64,000 bases of DNA, taken from an uncultured Actinomycetota bacterium (GTDB lineage: Bacteria > Actinomycetota > Actinomycetes > JAHEKZ01). A program made the position numbers and the translations under genes. The notes beneath the pieces are model-generated. The model saw only the letters and a program-made list of their open reading frames with translations, ran no database searches and was not told the origin of the DNA. Below are positions 1-9,624 of this stretch, piece by piece (within the stretch, counting starts at the first letter, position 1; every line of letters begins with the position of its first letter). Location: assembly GCA_963829525.1 (NCBI GenBank), contig CAWHIJ010000003.1, positions 1,248,001-1,312,000 on the forward strand, written 5' to 3'.

Positions 1-968
1 CGTCCGATGATCGCCCTTGTCGGCAGGTTGAGCTCGCGCCACCAGGTGACGTCAGTGATGTCGCCGAAGGTGCAGATCATCGCGATGCCGGTGCCCTTCT
101 CAGGGTCGGCCAGGGGGTGGGCGAGGATCGGCACTTCGACACCAAAGAGCGGGGTGCGGACGTGGGTACCGAAGAGAGGTTGGTAGCGCTCGTCGTCGGG
201 GTGCGCAACGAGGGCGACGCAGGCGGGGATCAGTTCGGGGCGCGTGGTGTCGATCGTGATGACTCCGCCGTCAGGGCGGTGGAAGGTGATCGCGTGATAG
301 GCGCTGTCGCGCTCGCGGTCTTCGAGCTCGGCCTGCGCGACTGCGGTACGGAACGAGACATCCCACAAGGTAGGAGCCTCAGCCTGGTAGGCCTCTCCGC
401 GGGCAAGGTTGTTTAGGAATGCGCGCTGCGACACGGCACGCGCTCGTTCGTCAATCGTCTGGTACGTCATCGACCAGTCGACGCTGAGGCCTAGCTGGCG
501 CCAAAGGGCCTCGAAGACTTTCTCGTCCTCTTCGGTGAGCCGCTCGCAGAGCTCGACGAAGTTGCGGCGGGAGATCGGAATCTGCTGCTTGCCGGGCTCA
601 GCGGGCGCTTCGAAGCCGGCGTCGTAAGGAAGGGTTGGCTCGCAGCGGACGCCGTAGTAGTTCTGCACGCGGCGCTCGGTGGGTAGGCCGTTGTCGTCCC
701 ACCCCATCGGGTAGAACACTTCTTTTCCCCGCATGCGCTGGTAGCGGGCGATTGTGTCGGTGTGGGTGTAGCTGAAGACGTGTCCGACGTGCAGCGAGCC
801 GCTGACCGTGGGTGGGGGAGTGTCGATCGAGTAGATCTCGTCGCGGTTCTTGGTCCGGTCGAAGCGGTAAGTGCCCTGCTCCTCCCACACCTGCTGCCAC
901 GTCGCCTCGATGCCGTCGATGGACGGCTTGTCGGGAAGGCGGGCACTGGTGGGGTTCGACGGCTCCAT
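1..968 (-). CDS. valS: Valine--tRNA ligase, N-terminal part (runs off window start)
   Basis: Manual translation from ATG at 968: MEPSNPTSARLPDKPSIDG...SIDTPPPTVSGSLHVGHVFSY (HIGH-type motif)...YPMGWDDNGLPTERRVQ. Absent from the ORF track because it has no stop in the window. Confidence 0.95.
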   Translation of the reverse strand, partial: MEPSNPTSARLPDKPSIDGIEATWQQVWEEQGTYRFDRTKNRDEIYSIDTPPPTVSGSLHVGHVFSYTHTDTIARYQRMRGKEVFYPMGWDDNGLPTERRVQNYYGVRCEPTLPYDAGFEAPAEPGKQQIPISRRNFVELCERLTEEDEKVFEALWRQLGLSVDWSMTYQTIDERARAVSQRAFLNNLARGEAYQAEAPTLWDVSFRTAVAQAELEDRERDSAYHAITFHRPDGGVITIDTTRPELIPACVALVAHPDDERYQPLFGTHVRTPLFGVEVPILAHPLADPEKGTGIAMICTFGDITDVTWWRELNLPTRAIIG

Positions 969-1011
969 GGGAGGCAATCGTAGAGAGGGAGCTCTCCCTA
1001 GACTCACCCCC

Positions 1012-2394
1012 GTGACCCCAGACCCCCTGACACCCGATCCGAAGGATGACACCGAGGCCGGACCAGAGGCCGACGGGCTGCTCGCCCTCGAGGTCGAACT
1101 CATCCGCCGTGCTCCAGAGTCGCAGATCGAACCCAGCCTGGACCGCGTGCGAGCCGTCCTCGACCTGATGGGCAGCCCGGAGCGGAGCTTTCCGTCGATT
1201 CATGTCGCCGGCACCAACGGCAAGTCGTCGACGACAGCGATGATCGACTCGCTGTTGACCGCTCATGGTCTGCGCACCGGCCGATTCACCAGCCCGCACC
1301 TGGAGACAGTGCGTGAGCGGATCCGGCTCGACGGTGAGCTGATCGACTCGGGCAGCCTGCTCGCTGCTTGGGAAGACCTCGCCCCTTTCATTGCGATGAT
1401 TGAAGCTGACGGCGGGCGTGCGCTGACCTTTTTTGAGGTGCTTACCCTGCTGGCGTTCGCCGCCTTCGCCGACGCCCCGGTCTCCGTCGGTGTCGTCGAG
1501 GTGGGGCTCGGAGGAGCCTGGGACTCGACCAATGTGCTCGAGCCGCCTGTGGGTGTGGTCATGCCGGTTGGGATGGATCACATGGACTGGCTCGGCGACG
1601 ACCTGGCCACCATCGCCGGTCAGAAGGCCGGGATCATCAAGCCAGGCATGGTGGTGGTGATCGCCGAGCAAGACCCGATCGCGTCCGACGTGCTGCTGGA
1701 ACGCGCAGCCGAGGTCGGAGCGACGGTGCTCCGTGAGGGCGTCGACTTCGGGATCCTCCAGCGTCAGGTCGCTGTCGGCGGGCAGATGCTCACGATCAAG
1801 GGCGTTGCCGGCACCTACGAAGACGTGTTCCTTCCAATGCACGGCGAGCACCAGGCTCGCAACGCTGCCTGTGCGTTGGTCGCCGTTGAGGCGTTCCTTG
1901 GCGGGGGCTCCGCCGCACTCGAAGGTGATCCGGTGGGAGAGGGGTTCGCCTCGGTGAGTGTGCCTGGCCGGCTCGAGGTGATTCGGCGCAGCCCCACCGT
2001 GCTGCTCGATGTGGCGCACAACCCGCACGGGATGGAGGCCCTGGCTGAGGCCGTGACGGACGCCTTCGCGTTCAACAGACTGGTGGGAGTGATCGGAGTC
2101 CTGAACGACAAGGATGCTGAAGGCATCCTGTCGGTGCTCGAACCGCTGCTGGCCGAGGTGGTCATCACCCGTTCGAACTCACCACGCGCAGTCGACCCGG
2201 ACGATCTCGGAGCGCTGGCCATCGACATCTTCGGTGAGGACCGAGTGATCATCGAGCACTCACTCCCGAACGCCATCGAGCAGGCGGTGACCGCCGCTGA
2301 GGACTCTGGCGACCTCGGTGGTGTTGGGGTGTTGGTAACCGGCTCGGTCACCGTCGTCGGTGAAGCTCGCTCCCTGCTGCGCTCACGCCGCTGA
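1012..2394 (+). CDS. folC: Folylpolyglutamate synthase/dihydrofolate synthase
   Basis: HVAGTNGKSST, FTSPHL, EVGLGG..DSTN, PGRLE, LDVAHNP, VTGS motifs; GTG 1012 lies 7 nt after a TAGACT -10-like hexamer. Confidence 0.95.
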   Translation: MTPDPLTPDPKDDTEAGPEADGLLALEVELIRRAPESQIEPSLDRVRAVLDLMGSPERSFPSIHVAGTNGKSSTTAMIDSLLTAHGLRTGRFTSPHLETVRERIRLDGELIDSGSLLAAWEDLAPFIAMIEADGGRALTFFEVLTLLAFAAFADAPVSVGVVEVGLGGAWDSTNVLEPPVGVVMPVGMDHMDWLGDDLATIAGQKAGIIKPGMVVVIAEQDPIASDVLLERAAEVGATVLREGVDFGILQRQVAVGGQMLTIKGVAGTYEDVFLPMHGEHQARNAACALVAVEAFLGGGSAALEGDPVGEGFASVSVPGRLEVIRRSPTVLLDVAHNPHGMEALAEAVTDAFAFNRLVGVIGVLNDKDAEGILSVLEPLLAEVVITRSNSPRAVDPDDLGALAIDIFGEDRVIIEHSLPNAIEQAVTAAEDSGDLGGVGVLVTGSVTVVGEARSLLRSRR

Positions 2395-2411
2395 GCGGGG
2401 AGACTGGGGGC

Positions 2412-2792
2412 ATGCGCGTCATAGCTGCCAGCGTGTTGACCTTCGAGGGTCTGATCGTGCTGCTCGCGATCCCTGTGGCAATCACGCTCGGCGGCGTCGA
2501 TCCGGGCGGGGCAATAGCTGGGGGAGTCGCGCTCGCGGTCGTCTGTCTGGTCGTGGCCGGTTCACTCTCGCGTCCGTGGGGCTACCAGGCGGGCTGGGTC
2601 GTCCAGGGCCTGGTGTTGGCCAGTGGGTTCGTTGTCCACGCCATGTTCTTGGTGGGCGGCCTGTTCGTGGTGCTCTGGGTGGTCGGCCTGAAAGTGGGCC
2701 GCAGAGGCGAGGAGCTGCACGACGAACGGTGGGCCGGGATCGAGCAGGGGATTGACGACCCGGGGGCCCCACCACCGGAGGCCGCTGGCTAG
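2412..2792 (+). CDS. Small membrane protein, DUF4233-like
   Basis: About four hydrophobic segments; usual folC-X-ndk position in actinobacteria. Confidence 0.75.
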   Translation: MRVIAASVLTFEGLIVLLAIPVAITLGGVDPGGAIAGGVALAVVCLVVAGSLSRPWGYQAGWVVQGLVLASGFVVHAMFLVGGLFVVLWVVGLKVGRRGEELHDERWAGIEQGIDDPGAPPPEAAG

Positions 2793-2854
2793 AGTTTCGC
2801 CCGTCCTGGTCGGCGTCGCCGGCCCGCCTGCAGGCAGCTTCTGAGGAGTTCTTC

Positions 2855-3262
2855 GTGTCCGAGCGCACCCTTGTCCTCGTCAAGCCGGACGGCGTCAGCC
2901 GTGGCCTCGTAGGAGAGGTGCTCTCCCGGATCGAGCGCAGGGGCTACTCTCTGGTCGCCGTCGAACTACGCACCCTGGACCGGGCCACAGCCGAGGCGCA
3001 CTATGGCGAGCACGCCGACAAGCCCTTCTTCGGTGACCTCGTCGCCTTCATCACCGGCGGTCCGCTGCTGGCCGCTGTGATCGAGGGTCCAGACGCCATC
3101 GAGGCCTGGCGGACCATGATGGGCGTCACCAACCCCATCAAGTCGGCCCCTGGCACCATTCGCGGCGACTTCGCCAACGTCATGCAGGAGAACCTGGTGC
3201 ACGGCTCGGACTCTCCGGAGTCGGCCGCCCGCGAGGTCGCCCTTTTCTTCCCCTCGCTCTAG
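2855..3262 (+). CDS. ndk: Nucleoside diphosphate kinase
   Basis: [28 protein letters not shown] motifs; GAGGAG RBS. Confidence 0.98.
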   Translation: MSERTLVLVKPDGVSRGLVGEVLSRIERRGYSLVAVELRTLDRATAEAHYGEHADKPFFGDLVAFITGGPLLAAVIEGPDAIEAWRTMMGVTNPIKSAPGTIRGDFANVMQENLVHGSDSPESAAREVALFFPSL

Positions 3263-3385
3263 TCAAGGTCGAGACTTTTTCGAAGTTTTTGGGGGAGGGG
3301 CCGCGCGCGGGTATCCTGAGGCGCTGACGCCCGCCCGTTGTCGCGTCCCAGCAAGACGCGATTCCCCAGTTCTCGGAAGGCTCTC

Positions 3386-4414
3386 ATGAGCAACATGTCG
3401 TTCATCGGCCGTGACATGGCCGTCGACCTCGGCACCGCCAACACCTTGGTCTATGTCCGAGGCCGTGGTGTCGTCCTCAACGAGCCCTCGGTGGTCGCCA
3501 TCAACCAGACCTCCGGCGGAATCCTGGCTGTCGGTGCCGACGCCAAGAGAATGATCGGTCGCACCCCCGGCAACATCGTGGCGATCCGCCCGCTGAAGGA
3601 CGGCGTTATCGCAGACTTCGATACCACGGAGCGGATGCTCCGCTACTTCATCCAGAAGGTGCACAAGCGGCGTCATTTGGCCAAGCCACGCATTGTCGTA
3701 TGCGTGCCCAGCGGCATCACCGGTGTCGAGCAGCGTGCCGTCAAGGACGCCGGCTACGCGGCGGGCGCGCGCAAGGTCTACATCATCGAAGAACCCATGG
3801 CCGCCGCGATCGGTGCCGGTCTTCCGGTCCACGAGCCCATGGGCAACATGGTCGTCGACATCGGTGGCGGCACCACTGAGGTTGCGGTCATCTCGCTCGG
3901 TGGCATCGTCACTGCGCAGAGCATCCGCGTTGGTGGCGACGAGCTGGACAACGCGATCATCCACTACGTGAAGAAGGAGTACTCGCTGCTTCTCGGCGAG
4001 CGCACCTCTGAAGAGATCAAGATGGCGATCGGGTCAGCGTTCCCCATTCCGGACGAGCCGCACGCCGAGATTCGTGGCCGCGACTTGGTCTCCGGTCTGC
4101 CGAAGACGATCGTCGTCTCAGCTGAGGAGATTCGTAAGGCCCTCGAAGAGCCGGTCAACCAGATCGTCGACGCGGTCAAGACCACGCTCGACAAGTGCCC
4201 TCCTGAGCTTTCCGGCGACATCATGGACCGCGGCATCGTGCTGACCGGCGGCGGGGCGCTGCTCAAGGGTCTCGATGAGCGCCTCAAGCACGAGACCGGC
4301 ATGCCCATCCTGATCGCGGACAACCCACTCGACTCGGTGGCCCTGGGGTCCGGCAAGTGCGTCGAGGAGTTCGAGGCCCTACAGCAGGTCCTCATCTCCG
4401 AACCGCGCCGCTGA
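3386..4414 (+). CDS. mreB: Rod shape-determining actin MreB
   Basis: [31 protein letters not shown] motifs. Confidence 0.98.
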   Translation: MSNMSFIGRDMAVDLGTANTLVYVRGRGVVLNEPSVVAINQTSGGILAVGADAKRMIGRTPGNIVAIRPLKDGVIADFDTTERMLRYFIQKVHKRRHLAKPRIVVCVPSGITGVEQRAVKDAGYAAGARKVYIIEEPMAAAIGAGLPVHEPMGNMVVDIGGGTTEVAVISLGGIVTAQSIRVGGDELDNAIIHYVKKEYSLLLGERTSEEIKMAIGSAFPIPDEPHAEIRGRDLVSGLPKTIVVSAEEIRKALEEPVNQIVDAVKTTLDKCPPELSGDIMDRGIVLTGGGALLKGLDERLKHETGMPILIADNPLDSVALGSGKCVEEFEALQQVLISEPRR

Positions 4415-4470
4415 GCCGACGTCCAAAGGGACTGAACGCTTCGATAACCGTCCCCTAGGCTGCGCTGACG

Positions 4471-5397
4471 ATGAGGGACACCCGCCGGACAAGGATTGTG
4501 CTCGCGGTGCTGCTGCTGACCGCGTTCACCTTCATCACCCTGGACGCCCGCGGTGGCGAAGGCTCCATCCTTGACAGGTTGCGTGAGACGGCGTCGTCGG
4601 TCCTCGGTCCGATCGAGCGTGCAGCGGCAGCTGTCGTGAACCCGGTTTCGGACTTCATCGACGGCGTCACGTCGATCAACGCCAACGCTGACCGGATCGA
4701 CGCGCTCGAGGCCGAAAACGATGAGCTGCGGCGCCAGCTGCTGACCGCACCGCTCGACCAGTCCCGCGTTGACGAGCTCGACAGCCTGCTTCGGGTTGCT
4801 TCTCTCGGCGCCTACAAGATCGTGCCCGCTCAGGTGATCGCGGTAGCCGCCGAGAACGGCTATGCCCGCACGGTGACCGTTGACGCTGGGACACGCGACG
4901 GGATCCATCGCGATCAAACCGTGCTCAATGGCGACGGTCTCGTCGGTCGGGTGATCGCCGCCGGACCAGGAACGGCGACGATCTTGTTGCTGACCGACCC
5001 CGAGTTCGGTGTCGGCTCCCGGCTGGCCGGGACGGGCGAGACGGGCTTCCTGCAGGGAAACGGTCGTGAGCCGCTCGCCCTGGAGCTCTACAACCCCCAG
5101 GCTGTGGTCGAGGCCGGCAACGTGGTCGTCACGGTCGGCAGCCCCAACGGCAGGCCTTTCGTCCCTGGAGTCCCGATCGGCAAGGTAACCGACGTCCTCG
5201 CCACGCCCGGCGGCCTCTCCCGCCTCGCTGAGGTGGAACCGTTCGCCGGGCTCACCTCCCTGGATCTGGTCGGCATCGTCATCGAGCCCCCCCGCCGCAA
5301 TCCCCGTGACGCTCTGGTGGCGCCGACCCCTGCGCCATCGGTCAGCCCGTCGCCGAGCACGACCTCATCGTCTCCGAGCCCCTCACCCTCGCCATGA
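4471..5397 (+). CDS. mreC: Rod shape-determining protein MreC
   Basis: N-terminal TM, coiled coil, GLVGRV motif, P/S-rich tail; follows mreB. Confidence 0.93.
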   Translation: MRDTRRTRIVLAVLLLTAFTFITLDARGGEGSILDRLRETASSVLGPIERAAAAVVNPVSDFIDGVTSINANADRIDALEAENDELRRQLLTAPLDQSRVDELDSLLRVASLGAYKIVPAQVIAVAAENGYARTVTVDAGTRDGIHRDQTVLNGDGLVGRVIAAGPGTATILLLTDPEFGVGSRLAGTGETGFLQGNGREPLALELYNPQAVVEAGNVVVTVGSPNGRPFVPGVPIGKVTDVLATPGGLSRLAEVEPFAGLTSLDLVGIVIEPPRRNPRDALVAPTPAPSVSPSPSTTSSSPSPSPSP

Positions 5398-5407
5398 GGT
5401 CGAGACA

Positions 5408-5920
5408 GTGACGTTCTCCCGAGTGCTTCTCAGCGCGATGCTCGTGATGAGCGCTGCCGTGCTACAGGTGACCGTGGTCAACCGACTCCCGCTCCCGGGC
5501 GCCGGTCCAGATCTCGTCCTGCTGGTCGTCATCGGCCTTGCAGTGGTGGTCGGCCCGACCGCGGGGGCCTCCATCGGATTCGGTGCTGGTCTGCTGGTCG
5601 ACTTCATGCCTCCGACAGCCACCGAAGTGGGCCGATGGGCACTGGTCTTCTGCGTGATCGGCTACCTCGCAGGACAGATCCAGGTTGACGCGCGACGATC
5701 GGCTCTGATCTTGCTCGGGGCAGTCGCGGGCCTGAGTGCTCTGGCTGCCCTGCTCTTCGCGGGGCTGGGTCTGCTCTTCGGCGATCCGCGGATCTCCGGC
5801 GATCTCGTCGTTTCCACAATGGTGTCCAGTGTTCTGTACGATCTGTTGCTAGCTCCCTTTGTGATTCCTGGTGTTATGGCACTCGCCCGACGCACAGCGC
5901 TCAATCCTTCGCTGGCCTAG
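5408..5920 (+). CDS. mreD: Rod shape-determining protein MreD
   Basis: Hydrophobic protein with PDLVLLVV and GLLVD motifs; follows mreC. Confidence 0.9.
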   Translation: MTFSRVLLSAMLVMSAAVLQVTVVNRLPLPGAGPDLVLLVVIGLAVVVGPTAGASIGFGAGLLVDFMPPTATEVGRWALVFCVIGYLAGQIQVDARRSALILLGAVAGLSALAALLFAGLGLLFGDPRISGDLVVSTMVSSVLYDLLLAPFVIPGVMALARRTALNPSLA

Positions 5921-5940
5921 TTGCCATCAAGTATCGGACG

Positions 5941-5956
5941 TGTGATGCCCGTCACG
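5941..5956. promoter_or_regulatory. CRP/GlxR-like site TGTGA-N6-TCACG
   Basis: 9/10 match to TGTGA-N6-TCACA in the mreD-pbp2 spacer. Confidence 0.5.
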
Positions 5957-5966
5957 GCTATCTCAG

Positions 5967-5993
5967 GGAACGCCACCGCCGCGGTGGTCGTCA
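5967..5993 (+). promoter_or_regulatory. ECF-sigma-like promoter GGAAC-N17-CGTCA for pbp2
   Basis: Motif pair with 17-nt spacer, ending 54 nt before the pbp2 start. Confidence 0.45.
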
Positions 5994-6047
5994 GTACTTG
6001 GGGACGCCGCTCTGACCGTCGACGACCGATGCCGCAAGGAGACGAGA

Positions 6048-8276
6048 GTGACCGACCGCTCGCGGACGCGTCTCATCGTCCTGCAGGTTCTCGCTTTCTC
6101 CCTACTTGCGGCGCTCGGCGGACGGCTTTGGTACATGCAGGTCGTGGCCGGTCAGGATTACCAGGCGGCTGCGTCGGAGAACCGAATTCGCGAGGTCGTC
6201 ACTCCCGCTGTCCGCGGTGCGATTCTCGATGCCCAGGGGCGCCCCTTGGTCCAGAACCGCACCTCACTGGTGGTCTCGGTCGACAGATCGACGATCCTGG
6301 ACCTGCCCAACGACGGTGAACGCGTTGTGCGCAAACTCGCCGATGTCCTGGGCGTTCCGTACAGCAAGCTCGACCGGCAGCTGACACTCTGCGGGTCTCC
6401 TGGCGCTGCCGAGCCGCCCATCTGTTGGAACGGTTCGCCCTACCAACCCATCCCCGTTGCCGAAGACGTTCCCTCCGACGTTGCTCTTCAGGTGATGGAG
6501 CGCAGCGAGGAGTTCCCCGGCGTCACCGCAGAGATGACAGCCGTGCGCGACTACCCGAAACCGTTCGGCGTCAACGCGGCCCACCTGCTCGGCTACATCG
6601 GCCCGATCAACGCAGAGGAGCTCGCGGCGGCGGAGAAGCAAGATGGGCGTCGCAGCAGCACCTACACCAACTTCGACCTCGTCGGACGCGCCGGCCTCGA
6701 GCAGGTGTACGACGAGTACCTGCGCGGCAAGCCGGGCGTCAAGAAGCTCGCGGTGGATTCGGCAGGCAACGTCACGGGGACGGTTGCCGAGCGACCGGCA
6801 ACACCAGGTGACTACCTGGTCACCAGCATCGACGCACATGTACAGAAGGTCGTCGAGGACCAGCTGAAGGCGGCGATCGACCGCGCCCATGTTGCTGGTG
6901 AGAACGGAACCGAGAGCGGGTACCCGGCCGACACCGGCGCCGCGATCGTCATGGAGGTCGACACCGGTCGCGTCGTAGCCATGGCCAGCTACCCGGACTA
7001 CAACCCAGAGGTCTGGGTCGGCGGAGTGACCAACGACCAGTTCGACCGCCTGCAGAGTGAGAAGGCGAACTACCCGCTCGTCAACCGCGCGATCGCTGGC
7101 GAGTACGCCCCGGCGTCGACGTTCAAGGTCGTGGGGGCGGCCGCCGCGGCAGCGGCCGGCTACAGCCTGAATGGGCCCTACGAGTGTTCGGATCAATTCA
7201 CTGTTCCGGGCTCAACCCAGTCGTTCACCAACTTTGAAGCTGGCATGAACGAGTACATGTCAGTTGCTCGCGCCCTTGAGGTCTCCTGCAACACGGTCTT
7301 CTTCAGACTCGCCTACAACATGTACGTCGACGAGGGCGGGCTGAACGCCGGCTCGGACGCTCCTGAGTACCTGATGAACACTGCTCGTGGGTTCGGGTAC
7401 GGCGCGCCCACCGGTGTCGATCTTCCCGGTGAGCAGGACGGCCGTATCCCCGACCGCCAGTGGCGCCGTGACTACTGGGAGGCCAACAAGGACTTCTACT
7501 GCAACTTCAAGGAGCAGGCAGCGCCCCAGGAACGCGACGACCCTTACCTCCAGAAGCTCTACGCCGAGCTCTGCGTCGACGGTGCGTTGTTCCGTCCGGG
7601 TGATGCCGTGCTGTCGGCGATCGGCCAGGGTGACGTCCTGTCCACCCCGCTGCAGACCGCGCGCGCGTATGCCGCCATTGCCAATGGCGGGACCCTCTAC
7701 CGTCCCCTGGTTGCGCGAGCGGTGATGTCACCAGATGGCAAGGTGGTGAAGGAGTTCGAGCCGAAGGCACAGGGACAGATTCCAGCAACTGACGCCACGA
7801 TCAAGTACATCCAAGATGCACTGGCGAGCGTGCCGGTGTCTGGGTCGGCGGCCTACCGCTATGTTGACTTCCCCCTCGATGCGCTACCGATTGCGGCCAA
7901 GACCGGTACCGGTCAGGTTGAGGGAAAGGCGACCACGTCTTGGTATGCCTCATACGCGCCGGCAAATGACCCGAAGTACGTCGTCTTGATGATGGTTCCC
8001 GAAGGCGGAACGGGGTCGGGAACGTCGGCTCCGAGCGTCAATGAGATCTACAAGGCGATCTTCGGGATCGAGGGCTCACAGCTGCTTCCGAGCAAGGCGA
8101 TCATCCCCGACGGCAAACCCATCACGAGCCTGCCGACGGTCAACCCGGACGGAACGATTGACCTTCCCAAGGATGACGGCCTACCCGGCTCGTCCGAGAG
8201 CGGGATCCCGGCCACCAACACCGAGGACAAGAAGTCCAAGCAGAACCGCCGACGTCGCAGGGCGAAGACGCCATGA
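6048..8276 (+). CDS. mrdA: Penicillin-binding protein 2 (class B transpeptidase)
   Basis: N-terminal TM; RGAILD; SxxK (STFK), SxN (SCN) and KTG motifs; mre cluster context. Confidence 0.95.
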   Translation: MTDRSRTRLIVLQVLAFSLLAALGGRLWYMQVVAGQDYQAAASENRIREVVTPAVRGAILDAQGRPLVQNRTSLVVSVDRSTILDLPNDGERVVRKLADVLGVPYSKLDRQLTLCGSPGAAEPPICWNGSPYQPIPVAEDVPSDVALQVMERSEEFPGVTAEMTAVRDYPKPFGVNAAHLLGYIGPINAEELAAAEKQDGRRSSTYTNFDLVGRAGLEQVYDEYLRGKPGVKKLAVDSAGNVTGTVAERPATPGDYLVTSIDAHVQKVVEDQLKAAIDRAHVAGENGTESGYPADTGAAIVMEVDTGRVVAMASYPDYNPEVWVGGVTNDQFDRLQSEKANYPLVNRAIAGEYAPASTFKVVGAAAAAAAGYSLNGPYECSDQFTVPGSTQSFTNFEAGMNEYMSVARALEVSCNTVFFRLAYNMYVDEGGLNAGSDAPEYLMNTARGFGYGAPTGVDLPGEQDGRIPDRQWRRDYWEANKDFYCNFKEQAAPQERDDPYLQKLYAELCVDGALFRPGDAVLSAIGQGDVLSTPLQTARAYAAIANGGTLYRPLVARAVMSPDGKVVKEFEPKAQGQIPATDATIKYIQDALASVPVSGSAAYRYVDFPLDALPIAAKTGTGQVEGKATTSWYASYAPANDPKYVVLMMVPEGGTGSGTSAPSVNEIYKAIFGIEGSQLLPSKAIIPDGKPITSLPTVNPDGTIDLPKDDGLPGSSESGIPATNTEDKKSKQNRRRRRAKTP

Positions 8277-9461
8277 CACTCGGTTACCCGCAGACGATTG
8301 CACCATCGCGGCGTCGGCGTAAGTCGCTCAGGTCGCGCGCGACCGGCCGAGACTCAATCCTGCGTCGCTTCGACTGGGTGCTCTTTGTCGCTGCCCTCGG
8401 TCTGAGCGTGGCCGGTGCGGTGTTCGTCTACTCCGCAACCCGCGTCGTGTCCGCGGGGGAGGACCCACAGGCGTATCTCAAACGCCACTTGCTCAACCTG
8501 GCCATCGGACTGGGCCTTGGGTTCGCCACGATGCTTTTCGACTACCGGACGCTGCGGGCCTATGCGCCGTTCGTGTACATCGCTTCGGTCATTGGACTCG
8601 TTGCCGTCCTTGTCGTCGGAACCGAGGTGAACGGGGCCCAGGCGTGGATTCAGCTGCCGGGCGGGTTCTCGATTCAGCCGTCGGAGTTCATGAAAGTCGC
8701 GCTTGCGGTCGGTCTGGCCATGCTGCTCGCCGAACGCCGCGACGGCGAGACCGAGCCAGCAGCTGCCTGATGTCGCGTTCGCGCTCCTCATCGCTGCCAT
8801 TCCGATCGGGCTGGTGATGCTGCAGCCAGATCTCGGCACGGCGGTCGTGATGGGCATGATCGTGCTGGGCATCCTGGCGGTTGCCGGCACGCGGCTTTGG
8901 TGGCTTGTCGCGCTGCTGGCGTTGGGTGTGCTCGGTGCTTTCATCGCAGTTCAAGGTCGGCGTGCTGGACCAGTACCAGATCGACCGGCTGCTGGCGTTC
9001 GCCAACCCCGATCTCGATCCTCAGGGCGTCGGCTACAACACGAACCAGGCTCGGATCGCTGTCGGGTCCGGTGGCTCTTTTGGCGCCGGTCTCTTCCAGG
9101 GCACGCAGACCGGAGGGGAGTTCGTCCCCGAGCAGCAGACCGACTTCATCTTCACCGTCGTCGGCGAGGAGCTCGGCTTCGTCGGCAGTCGCCGGTCTGC
9201 TCCTGCTCTTCGGCGTACTGATCTGGCGCGCGCATGCGCATCGCGATGCGGGCCGAGGATCTCTTCGGGACGCTGATGGCAACCGGCATCGTCTGCTGGT
9301 TCTCGTTCCAGATGTTCGAGAACATCGGAATGGTGATCGGGATCATGCCGGTGACCGGCGTCCCACTGCCCTTCGTCTCCTACGGCGGCACCAGCATGTT
9401 CGCCAACTGGATGGCCATCGGGCTGCTCGAGAACGTCCATCTGCGCCGCTCCGTGCGCTAG
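8273..9461 (+). CDS. rodA: SEDS peptidoglycan glycosyltransferase RodA, four apparent frameshifts (~8759, ~8955, ~9187, ~9233)
   Basis: [35 protein letters not shown] and [11 protein letters not shown] motifs spread over five consecutive frame segments; full length is recoverable. Confidence 0.9.
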
Positions 9462-9624
9462 CCCCACGCTCAGACGGTGGTGGAAAGTCTTCAGGGGGCT
9501 CTCAAGGCACACTCGGCGGGAACGGGCGGTGCCGCGTACCCTAGGGCCGGGTCCGGGCTCGCTGCATCTTCCTGGGCTCACGCCCATTTACCCCGGACGC
9601 GTCCCCACTCTGCGGAGGTTCTCT

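Noticed and set aside
9491-9506. TCAGG-N6-TCAAG direct repeat as an OmpR-family site
   Set aside because: Too short to distinguish from chance.
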